In this document: positions 18,191-26,533 of the stretch, piece by piece
Layout of the letters: the number at the start of each line of letters is the position of its first letter
How positions within the stretch are numbered: the first letter of the stretch is position 1
DNA from: an uncultured Pseudomonadales bacterium
GTDB lineage: Bacteria; Patescibacteriota; Microgenomatia; UBA1400; MFAQ01
Direction of reading: 5' to 3'
Assembly (NCBI GenBank): GCA_964513845.1
Contig: CAZENT010000006.1
Span: forward strand, 1-57,483
DNA length: 57,483 nucleotides
The notes under the pieces: model-generated
What the model was told of the DNA's origin: nothing
The model's database searches: none
The model's input: the letters and a program-made list of their open reading frames with translations, nothing else
Position numbers and translations under genes: made by a program

Positions 18191-18343
18191 TCACAAGTTC
18201 TTTTTTCTCTTGATAACAATCAAGAGAAATGCAAAAAAGAAACCTGCAACGATCAATCCGAGCTTTACGAGCTCGGATTCAACGATAAACGTGCCCAACA
18301 AACAGGCACATCCTACCACAAATACAATTTTAAACCAGATCAT
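18191..18343 (-). CDS. Cassette 2 small two-TM protein (50 aa)
   Basis: MIWFKIVFVVGCACLLGTFIVESELVKLGLIVAGFFFAFLLIVIKRKKNL; ATG 18343 at the same distance from the leader SD as other cassettes. Confidence 0.65.
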   Translation of the reverse strand: MIWFKIVFVVGCACLLGTFIVESELVKLGLIVAGFFFAFLLIVIKRKKNL

Positions 18344-18569
18344 TATTGCCCTCCTTTGGGGCCACTCCGCCGTGAATGCGACGGAGATTAAATCAACACT
18401 CTGCTCCAGCAATTGCCTTTGGCAGTTTGGGGCATATCAGCCCGTTTTGAGTATCCAAATTATTAAATTTCAAAGTTCAAACTTTCTTCGAATCGCACCA
18501 CCGCCAACAAATTTCACCTCACCAAAAAAATCGCCAAACTAGCGACAAAAAATATAGGGAAATGGAAAT

Positions 18570-18699
18570 GAATTACTGTTTGGACAGGTAATTCGGTAAC
18601 ACCTCTTGGAAGTGGTGCGACTCGAATTTGAAAGTTCTTGGCAATCGATTGATTGTCAACTATAGCCGATAGTATATCACAATATTATAGGTTTGTCAA
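18570..18699 (-). promoter_or_regulatory. Array header A: promoter TTGACA-17-TATACT, 53-bp conserved leader and GAATTAC hairpin (second copy 22807-22976)
   Basis: 18607-18659 versus 22884-22936 differ at 4 of 53 positions; hairpin GAATTAC...TTGGACAG-GTAATTC present in both. Confidence 0.75.
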
Positions 18700-18710
18700 C
18701 TTGAGGGATT

Positions 18711-19331
18711 TTATCCAATCTCAACCAACTTGACGTTTTGGACAATGACGCTTTTTACAGTCAACCAGCTTACGTTTTTGTGCATTTTTGGGCTAGGCTG
18801 ATCCTCCGCGTCATCAAAATACACCAACGATTTTAAAACATGAAGCAAATTGTATTCCTGATCACTGTATTTTTTCTTCATAAATCCAAAAATATCAGGC
18901 AAAGAAAACTCCTCCATAATGAAAAAAAGGTCAATGAAGTCTTTCTTAGATCCTCTTGCTGAAATAGTAATTAATTTTGTACAAGCAACATCCTGAATCG
19001 AAGATATTTTTATCCCATCCAGTATCTGTGGTTCTTCAAGCAATCTATACGGGTAATAGAGAAACTGTAATTTCACATTGTCCACAAAACAATTGAGAGT
19101 TCCAGAGTCCATTGACGCTTCTGTCAGATGAAGTTCTTTTTTCAATATTTGTAGTAAGTTTTCCGGTTCAAACTCTTCCTGGGTAAAAAAATCTAAATCT
19201 ACTGATTCACGATGACCCAAATGAAGCGCCAAGGCCGTTCCTCCAGACAAGTAAAAATTTCCAGGCAAACCAATCTTTGTCAGTTTGTCAAATAGAGCTT
19301 TTGTTCCCGGTGCAAGTGTTTCTGTGTGCAT
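18711..19331 (-). CDS. AbiEii/AbiGii-family nucleotidyltransferase toxin
   Basis: FYLSGGTALALHLGHRESVDLDFF and KKDFIDLFFI motifs. Confidence 0.9.
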   Translation of the reverse strand: MHTETLAPGTKALFDKLTKIGLPGNFYLSGGTALALHLGHRESVDLDFFTQEEFEPENLLQILKKELHLTEASMDSGTLNCFVDNVKLQFLYYPYRLLEEPQILDGIKISSIQDVACTKLITISARGSKKDFIDLFFIMEEFSLPDIFGFMKKKYSDQEYNLLHVLKSLVYFDDAEDQPSPKMHKNVSWLTVKSVIVQNVKLVEIG

Positions 19332-19332
19332 A

Positions 19333-19554
19333 TTAAAAGTATAACCGCCAAAAATTACGCGATTTCGGACTCATTTTTTTTGATAAATTTTTTTTCAGTT
19401 CCTGTTTAGATACTTTTCCGGTAAGCCACTTCACAGCCCTTGCATTTCCCTTTTCCAAAATAGTATTGGAAATATAATTTTTATGTTTTGCCATACTCAA
19501 ATCTCTCAAATCATCGCCCCAAAAATACTTAGAGATAAACCTAGGTATTATCAT
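19333..19554 (-). CDS. Small cognate antitoxin (DUF6922-like)
   Basis: YFWGDD...YISNTILEKG...VKWL...SRNFWRLYF; 1 bp upstream of the AbiEii gene. Confidence 0.75.
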   Translation of the reverse strand: MIIPRFISKYFWGDDLRDLSMAKHKNYISNTILEKGNARAVKWLTGKVSKQELKKNLSKKMSPKSRNFWRLYF

Positions 19555-19773
19555 TACCTCTATTTTACCTCAAAACAAGACTAACAGCTTCCTTTGATCT
19601 GCCCACGCATAGACCTTACCCTGTCCAAGTAATAAGTTCTATATGGGCAGGTCAAAAGAAACGACCTGTTTTTTATGGATACCCAAAACGGAATGATAAA
19701 TATGTAGGGAGAGAGGAAGCTAGACAGGCAACCTCTCTCCCACAAGACAATCAGGGGGGGGTGATGGAAAAAT

Positions 19774-20085
19774 CTACCACGAGCCTCTTGATGTGCCGTG
19801 TGCCGGCACCGGCTCGGTGTGAGCCAGCACCGCACAACACTTTTTGCTGGGGACCTCAATGGTCGTCCAGCTCTGACTCTCAATCATTCCTTCCGGAACG
19901 ACCGAGTCCCACGAGTATCGGACGATAACTTGCCCGTCCGATACGGAAACACAGTGGAAATCTCGGGAAACTTCCCATTTCCCGAATTTTCTGGCGAGAT
20001 CAATCTCGCCCATCGCCACCATCTCCGCCATTTTGACGGCGGTGGCACCAAATACGAACTCGATCATTTCAACAAATTCATTCAT
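19774..20085 (-). CDS. Cassette 3 hypothetical protein (103 aa)
   Basis: ATG directly after the leader SD hairpin. Confidence 0.65.
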   Translation of the reverse strand: MNEFVEMIEFVFGATAVKMAEMVAMGEIDLARKFGKWEVSRDFHCVSVSDGQVIVRYSWDSVVPEGMIESQSWTTIEVPSKKCCAVLAHTEPVPAHGTSRGSW

Positions 20086-20308
20086 CTTTGCCCTCCTTTA
20101 GGGCCACTCCGCCGTGAATGCGACGGAGAAATAAATCAAACTTCTGCCTCAGGCAATTGCCTTAGCAGGTAATTAACACGGGTGATAAGTATCAACCCGT
20201 TTTGAGTATCCAAACTCATATATATTGTTAATCTGGATACCCAAAACGGAATGATAAAAAAATGTAGGGAGAGAGGAAGCCAGACAGGCAACCTCTCTCC
20301 CACAAGAC

Positions 20309-20542
20309 TTACTTCCAGGTCCACCCGGGCTCAATGGCCCTGATGGCCTGGATGGCCTCATCTTCAATTTCCTTCTTGGTTTCCCAAGAAGGAGACGCAC
20401 CACGCATTCTCACTATGGTGTGAGTTGTGTCTGGACCATCGTGGATAATTGTGTGAAAATACGATAAGCCCAATTCTTGGGCCTTGTTGACTATTTGTTC
20501 GATGGGGTGATTTTCCCCACACCTTGCTGTAAAAATAATCAC
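20309..20542 (-). CDS. Cassette 4 hypothetical protein (77 aa)
   Basis: GTG 20542 after AAAGGAGG; stop abuts the trailer GTCTTGTG. Confidence 0.65.
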   Translation of the reverse strand: MIIFTARCGENHPIEQIVNKAQELGLSYFHTIIHDGPDTTHTIVRMRGASPSWETKKEIEDEAIQAIRAIEPGWTWK

Positions 20543-20750
20543 TGTGTCCTCCTTTGGACAGCTCCGCCGTGGAACGACGGAGAAAAAAGAAAAAGATTCT
20601 GCCTCGGCAATTGCCAAAGCAGTTTTGGGCATACCAGCCCGTTTTGAGTATCCAAACTCATATATATTTTTAATCTGGATACCCAAAACGGAATGATAAA
20701 AAATGTGAGGAGGGGGAAATGTCAAGACAGCCAATCCCCCTCCCACAAGA

Positions 20751-21227
20751 CTAAGAGTACTTTATTTTTGCCTCTTCCATCCTTCGGAAGAGTTCCCTAA
20801 CCGCATCAGCCTGGTTCGGGTTTAACCCAATAAATACCTGCTCTTTTAATATTTCAAAAAAGAACAAGCTTTCTTTTTTTGTTGGCCATCCATTCTCGCC
20901 GATATCGACGAGTAGTTCCAACACTGAGACAACGGGGATCGTTGTCATGAATGGATTAATTAGGCATCCACGCTCTAGATCAAAGCCGTTGAGCCCTAGA
21001 TATTTCCACCCATCTGCAACTTTCCAAAGTTTTTCGCCCAGAATTTTCTCTGGGTTGTCCCTATGCCAATAAAAAGTTGGCAACTCAGGATCCATTGGGT
21101 CTGTGAAGACCCCAAGAGCATACTCGCCCTTATATTGGGCGATGCGGAACCTAGGAAAAACACTTTCCCTCAGTTCTGGGGGCAAACAATCAAATACACC
21201 CCTTTTCAAAAATTTTATTTTCATCAT
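20751..21227 (-). CDS. Cassette 5 hypothetical protein (158 aa)
   Basis: ATG after the leader SD; stop abuts the trailer. Confidence 0.75.
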   Translation of the reverse strand: MMKIKFLKRGVFDCLPPELRESVFPRFRIAQYKGEYALGVFTDPMDPELPTFYWHRDNPEKILGEKLWKVADGWKYLGLNGFDLERGCLINPFMTTIPVVSVLELLVDIGENGWPTKKESLFFFEILKEQVFIGLNPNQADAVRELFRRMEEAKIKYS

Positions 21228-21553
21228 TGCCCTCCTTTAGGGCCACTCCGCCGTGAAATCGGACGGAGAAAAAGATAAAACTTCTGCCTCAGGCAATTGC
21301 CTTTGGCAGTTTTGGGCATACCAGCCCGTTTTGAGTATCCAAACTCATATATATTTTTAATCTGGATACCCAAAACGGAATGATAAAAAATGTTGGAAGG
21401 GGGAAATGACAAGACTGCCAATCCCCCTTCCACAAGACTGATTGTTATTTTCCACTCATTTGAATGAAAAAATTACAGGTTATCAACCTAACTTTTTTAA
21501 AGAGAAGTCACCTCTCTAGCGCCAATCCTCTTTTTACCCGCCTTGCGGCGAGT

Positions 21554-22294
21554 TTAATCGAAAAGATTGGCTTCCTCCTCAAGCCGTGCTTTCACGGACT
21601 TGAGGTTGGACAAATCATACCGGCATTCACTTTCAGCCGGTAAAGACGACTGGTCAACAATCGACCCGTCCATAATACTCACCTCGGGGGCTTCCGCCTC
21701 CGGGATGACGAACATGTCCTGCCGGTGTTCATCCGGCATGTCGGACGAGTAAACCTCCTCGTCCAAATAGGCCGCCGCTTCCCAGTAGGACAAGCCTACT
21801 TGGAAAGCGCTCAGCCGATCGCTTTGTCCCTCGAGGACATAAGCGAAGTGATTTTTGAACTCCACGAGGAGCTTGTGCCCCTCGCGTGCTGCACTTACGG
21901 CCCCCCAATTCGACCGGCAGCCAACTCGCTGCTTTTCGATGGTCGCTCCCGCCCTGAAGATCAGGACGGACCAGGGGGTCTTGACAGGGCGCAGTGCCCC
22001 GGTTCCTTGCATCCAGGGGAAACCCTGAATGCCGATTATCCAGGTGCGCTCAGCCAAGGACGGGTGCACGCGTTCGTACACCTCGACAAACCCTTCGGAG
22101 GACTGGGCCCGGTAGCCCTTCAGGGGGATGATGATGTCATACCCTCTATTGAACAGCCTTTCACCAAAATGGGCCAGAGGGCCCAGGTCTGCGCCGAAGC
22201 GCAGAACGACACCCTGTCCAGCGACTCTCGTCGCCGAAACAGAGTATACCCGCAGTTCGCGGGTGAATGTGTCGATCAAAAGATGCTTTGCCAT
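21554..22294 (-). CDS. Cassette 6 hypothetical protein (246 aa, visibly GC-rich)
   Basis: ATG after the leader SD; acidic C-terminus; own small terminator hairpin near 21535-21553. Confidence 0.75.
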   Translation of the reverse strand: MAKHLLIDTFTRELRVYSVSATRVAGQGVVLRFGADLGPLAHFGERLFNRGYDIIIPLKGYRAQSSEGFVEVYERVHPSLAERTWIIGIQGFPWMQGTGALRPVKTPWSVLIFRAGATIEKQRVGCRSNWGAVSAAREGHKLLVEFKNHFAYVLEGQSDRLSAFQVGLSYWEAAAYLDEEVYSSDMPDEHRQDMFVIPEAEAPEVSIMDGSIVDQSSLPAESECRYDLSNLKSVKARLEEEANLFD

Positions 22295-22429
22295 TTTAAT
22301 TGCCCTCCTTTAGGGCCACTCCGCCGTGAATGCGACGGAGAGATAGAAATCAAACTCCTGCCTCGAGCAAACGCCTTTGGCAGGGAAACTAACACGGGTG
22401 ATACATATCAACCCGTTTTGAGTATCCAG

Positions 22430-22790
22430 AATAACCTCTTCCTCATAAGCATTCCCGAGTAATCTCGGTCTCCGTTAACAGCAGTAAACCATGTTTACCT
22501 TGCGGATTTTACGAGGAAGATTATTAATGTTAAGGTCCCAGCATTCTTCGGGTCGCGCCACTACCTTCCTCGGAAAACCGAGAAAGCTAGTGTGTCTTGT
22601 AGCTTTTATCCCCGATTTACTCGTCGTATCCCCGTCAACCGAGGGCGATCTATAAAGAAGTAGATAAAAGTACTGGTTCTGCTCATCCTCACTACCGAAG
22701 CTATCTCGGCTAGAAGACTCACAGAGTTAATTAAACGTCTTATGCCGAAGCAGCGTTTAACTCCAGACTGCACACAGGAAACATATGAAA
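22430..22790 (-). ncRNA. Putative large structured non-coding RNA between header A and cassette 6
   Basis: No ORF in the track; many nested hairpins including UUCG- and GCAA-capped stems; lies downstream of the 22948-22976 promoter. Confidence 0.4.
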
Positions 22791-23142
22791 ATTGGACAAG
22801 TTTTGTGAATTACTTTTTGGACAGGTAATTCAAGTACACCTATGGAAATTTTTAACGCATTCGCGTTTGGACAGTTTCCTTATTGGCAGTGGTGCGACTC
22901 GAATTTGAATGTTCTTGGCAATCGTCTGATTGTCAATGATAAGCAACAGTATAACACAATGTTATGGGTTTGTCAAGTAGTGTTTACAACTTGGCTCTGG
23001 GTTCGTGTTACCTAAATGTGCTTATTACAGGTATATATTACCACATCTTATAGTATTTGTCAATCCCTATTAACATCCACAAACACATCGCTATCCGTCA
23101 ACATCCCTTGACACTCCTCTAGTTTCCCTATACCATCTATAT

Positions 23143-23949
23143 ATGCCCACTCCAAACAATTTACAAAACCTCGGTCTTTCCACAGATCAAACCGCCATCT
23201 ACCTCACCCTTCTCAACTCAGGACCACAGTCCGCCATCTCCCTAGCCAAGCTTTCCGGCATCAAACGCACCTACATCTACCATCTCTGTAAAGAGCTCGA
23301 AAAAGAAGGACACATCAAGCTCACCCAGAAAGGTCGCACTACCTACTTCTCCGCTCAATCACCAGATCTTCTCCTTGCCAAAGCCCAAGAGAAAAAAGCT
23401 CAAGCCGAAACCGCTCTGCTCACACTCCAGTCAATTCTCCCAGAGCTCCAGTCCAAGTACCGCCTCACCGACATCAAGCCTGTTGTGAGTTACTTCGAAG
23501 GTCTTGAGGGTATCAAAAAGATGTACCAAGACATCATCAAAACTGGCCAAGATGATCTTCTTTTTCGCTCAATTCACGATGAAAGCAATCCTCTGGCAGC
23601 CACGGTCCTCTACAAACACATGGAGGAGCGCACCAAAGCCGGTATCCGCACCAAGGCCATAACCCCTTTTGTCGAGGTAGGTATTCAAAACTACCTCCAT
23701 CACGATAAAGAGCACCTCTTTGAACGCCATTTCACCCAAAACCCTAAATATTTGTTCCCCTGTCAGATCATTGTTTACGGTACCAAAGTGGCTATTACCG
23801 ATTTCCAAACACTCATTACCACCACACTCGACAACCTACTCATTAGCCAAACATTTAGCCAGCTCTTTGACATTCTCTGGGAAGCCACTCAAAACGAACA
23901 CGACGACCTCATCAGAAAAATTAGCTCAAACCCTCCAAAGACTAATTAA
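23143..23949 (+). CDS. TrmB-family transcriptional regulator
   Basis: N-terminal wHTH (LGLSTDQTAIYLTLL...LAKLSGIKRTYIY), VSYFEGLEGIK, C-terminal PLD-like domain; promoter TTGACA-17-TACCAT 6 nt before ATG. Confidence 0.9.
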   Translation: MPTPNNLQNLGLSTDQTAIYLTLLNSGPQSAISLAKLSGIKRTYIYHLCKELEKEGHIKLTQKGRTTYFSAQSPDLLLAKAQEKKAQAETALLTLQSILPELQSKYRLTDIKPVVSYFEGLEGIKKMYQDIIKTGQDDLLFRSIHDESNPLAATVLYKHMEERTKAGIRTKAITPFVEVGIQNYLHHDKEHLFERHFTQNPKYLFPCQIIVYGTKVAITDFQTLITTTLDNLLISQTFSQLFDILWEATQNEHDDLIRKISSNPPKTN

Positions 23950-26510
23950 AAATAGCCCTCGTATTTTGGATCTTTTGCTTGTCGCTTATGCTTTTTCGTG
24001 CTCATTTTAAACTTCATTAAATACTCTCCAAACTTTTCGGCAATCTGCTCGAAGTTCTCCATTGTTGCTTCACTAAACGAACCCTCATTGTGACCTCCCT
24101 CCGACTTTTCTGCCAAACTTAAGACTCTACCCACCCGAAGGGTTTGATACTCACCAGATACAAAAAACGACTCTCCGGTGCCCAGATCGAGTGATACCTT
24201 AGGTTTTTCCGCCAAACCACGTTCCTTACTGTACGCACTCCTATCAAAAGCCACCCTCACCTCCTGACCACCCCCCAACGGAGGAACAACTTTAAAATTA
24301 ATTCTCGCTTCCGCCGCACTTCCATCTCCGTTTACACAAGCCTTTGGTCGAATAGAAACTACCACTTTTGATTCAGTTTTTTTGTCTTTAAAAATTCTAA
24401 TTACCATCGCCTTTTCGTCTTTGATATTTTCATCTTCAATCATTCCGGCTTGAAAACCGACATCCATTAGCTCAAACTGATCCTCTTCTCGCAAGCCTTC
24501 CAAAACCCCCAAAGCGTATGTTACGGCATCCATAGATTCCAACAACTCATCCAGCTTCACTTCTCCACCAGACCCCTCATCAATCACTATAGCCGCTTTA
24601 AAGTACTCACAACATTTTCTGATTAGCGCCTCATGTGCCTCCGCAAAAAAAGTGTCTCCAGTTCCCAAATCAACACCATCAAACGACTTTCTCCATTCAT
24701 AAGCCTTGTTTGTTATCTGAAAGAAATGTTTTAGCACTTTCTCTTTCTGTTCGCGGGAGGAGTTTGCAGACTCAAAATATTTTAGTATATCTTCTCCTGT
24801 TCCTCCATAATCAGCCGCCAAAAATACTTTCAACCCCAGTTCGCCAAAATTTCTAGCTATCTCTTTCAGTTGTGTTTTTTTGACGTCGTCTCCTTGCTCA
24901 TAACTCAAAACAAACCACCCTTGTTCATATAGTTCCAATGAATTCAGGCTAATATCTGTTTCGGTATAGATCTGATCAAATAGTTTTCCATAGCTCGATA
25001 AAAACACCTCAGTCATTAGCTCTCTCGACTGTCTTTCTTGAGCAGTTTCGTCAGCCTTAGGCAAGAAAATATCTTTCGAAGAAATACTGCGCACTACTGC
25101 CTTAACCCGTTCTTGATCTGTCTCTAAATTCAAATTAAAAGCACCCAACAACTTTCCTCCGTCTCCAAAAACTCCTATTCGTCCATGATTATCAATACGC
25201 TTCACGTATGAGTTACCTGCTCTAAATAGCTTGACCAAAAACTCAGGATCATCCTCTTTTATTAGTTCGTAGATCTTATCAAAATAGCTAACTCCATCTT
25301 CACTTGTGATAGCAATTTTTTCCATCTCCAAATCATATAATATTCCGGCCGACATTCGTCTGGATAGAATGTCTTCACTTTTTAAGTTATTCAGCAATAT
25401 CGGCAAAGAGTTCGCTAGTCCAAGATAGTCAAATAGCTTAACGTATTCCCCCAGTGATCCTTCTGGCCAGGTTTTTAGCTGATCTCCTGCAATGGCCGCG
25501 AGTTCAATTTTCTCACCATCGGTCCAGTCATTTACATGCATGACGGCACCAATCAAAGCATAGTGGACAAATCTAAATGGATTATCATCCCATCTCAAAC
25601 TATTTTCGTCAAAATAGTAATAACTATTTACCTCATCTTCACTTTCCTGTATCTCTTCGTGTGGTTCTTTGTCAATAACTGAATCGTCATCAGTATCAGG
25701 ATCAGCAATCGAACCATCGGGGTTGTATTGAAGATCAAAAAACTTATCATCTTCTTTTCTATAGCGACATACTTCATTCACTTCTTTAATTCGTTCAATT
25801 CTTTCCCGACAAAACCCCTCCATCAGTTCCTTTGCTTTCTTCGCACCCTCGACTCTACCGATACTTATGAGAGAAATTAATATCTCATTGGTGAACGGAT
25901 TTTCTTCAAAATATGAATTATATGTTTCTTCTGCGTATTCAGAAAGGATTTCTATCACCGCGCCTCTTTCCTCCTTTTTGTCCCTGTAATATTTCTCCAT
26001 TCTATTTAGAGTAGGCAATAGCGCTTCGTTTACCATATATTTAAACGAAATATCACCATCATCATCATGATAATAACTATTACTCTTTTCCCTTCTAAGT
26101 TCTTCCTCATCACAAACATGAGTAGCTTCTTTAAGCATATCTATCCATTCACCAGGACTTATGTTGTCACTTGCTTCCAGTGTTTCTGTTTTTTTCAAGA
26201 ATTTATCTACCGCACCACGAGAAGCTTTGTCCCATTTAATATAATCTTCTCTTTGATGGGTTTTATATCCCCCATAAGGATAATCCTCAAAGTCAAACGA
26301 TCTCCATCCATTATCCGCCCTATACAAACTTCTCCATTCAGTATTGACCTGTTCACGCCATTCTTCAGATTTTCTATGCCGCTCATCAATTTCTCTCTGT
26401 ACCTCCACAGAAAGGGCATCTTGTTCTTCATTAGCTTCACCGAAGATATCATCGCCTTTAAAATCAACTGGCATGTATTCATCATAAACTATCCAGGAAT
26501 TTCTAGCCAC
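23946..26510 (-). CDS. Large acidic hypothetical protein (854 aa)
   Basis: Long uninterrupted ORF; no recognisable domain. Confidence 0.8.
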   Translation of the reverse strand: MARNSWIVYDEYMPVDFKGDDIFGEANEEQDALSVEVQREIDERHRKSEEWREQVNTEWRSLYRADNGWRSFDFEDYPYGGYKTHQREDYIKWDKASRGAVDKFLKKTETLEASDNISPGEWIDMLKEATHVCDEEELRREKSNSYYHDDDGDISFKYMVNEALLPTLNRMEKYYRDKKEERGAVIEILSEYAEETYNSYFEENPFTNEILISLISIGRVEGAKKAKELMEGFCRERIERIKEVNEVCRYRKEDDKFFDLQYNPDGSIADPDTDDDSVIDKEPHEEIQESEDEVNSYYYFDENSLRWDDNPFRFVHYALIGAVMHVNDWTDGEKIELAAIAGDQLKTWPEGSLGEYVKLFDYLGLANSLPILLNNLKSEDILSRRMSAGILYDLEMEKIAITSEDGVSYFDKIYELIKEDDPEFLVKLFRAGNSYVKRIDNHGRIGVFGDGGKLLGAFNLNLETDQERVKAVVRSISSKDIFLPKADETAQERQSRELMTEVFLSSYGKLFDQIYTETDISLNSLELYEQGWFVLSYEQGDDVKKTQLKEIARNFGELGLKVFLAADYGGTGEDILKYFESANSSREQKEKVLKHFFQITNKAYEWRKSFDGVDLGTGDTFFAEAHEALIRKCCEYFKAAIVIDEGSGGEVKLDELLESMDAVTYALGVLEGLREEDQFELMDVGFQAGMIEDENIKDEKAMVIRIFKDKKTESKVVVSIRPKACVNGDGSAAEARINFKVVPPLGGGQEVRVAFDRSAYSKERGLAEKPKVSLDLGTGESFFVSGEYQTLRVGRVLSLAEKSEGGHNEGSFSEATMENFEQIAEKFGEYLMKFKMSTKKHKRQAKDPKYEGYF

Positions 26511-26533
26511 AAAAAAGGAGGCATTTCTGCCTC

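Larger units (their letters stand above)
17261..22428 (-). mobile_element. Two arrays of six inverted-repeat-bounded gene cassettes (17261-18005, 18115-18457, 19676-20212, 20234-20654, 20676-21341, 21363-22428)
   Basis: Each unit begins TGGATACCCAAAAC(G/A)G and ends CCGTTTTGAGTATCCA, with a conserved ~110-bp leader and a hairpin trailer. Repeat structure is directly visible; mobility is inferred. Confidence 0.6.

Noticed and set aside
18607-18659. tRNA fragment (TTCGAGTCGCACCA on the minus strand, also 22884-22936)
   Set aside because: No T-stem pairing, D-arm or anticodon arm can be built; treated as part of header A
19581-19883. ORFs running through hairpin B and trailers (also 17130-17492, 20136-20324, 21224-21433)
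   Set aside because: They are translations of the non-coding repeats, lack an SD and overlap better-supported genes
17261-22428. CRISPR array
   Set aside because: Repeat blocks are ~200 bp, the intervening sequences are whole ORFs of variable length, and no cas genes are present
17261-22428. Canonical integron with attC sites
   Set aside because: No RYYYAAC/GTTRRRY core pair at the junctions and no IntI tyrosine recombinase in the window; retained only as an analogy
21725-22462. 245-aa plus-strand ORF
   Set aside because: Antisense shadow of the GC-rich cassette 6 gene that runs through the repeat leader; no SD or domain
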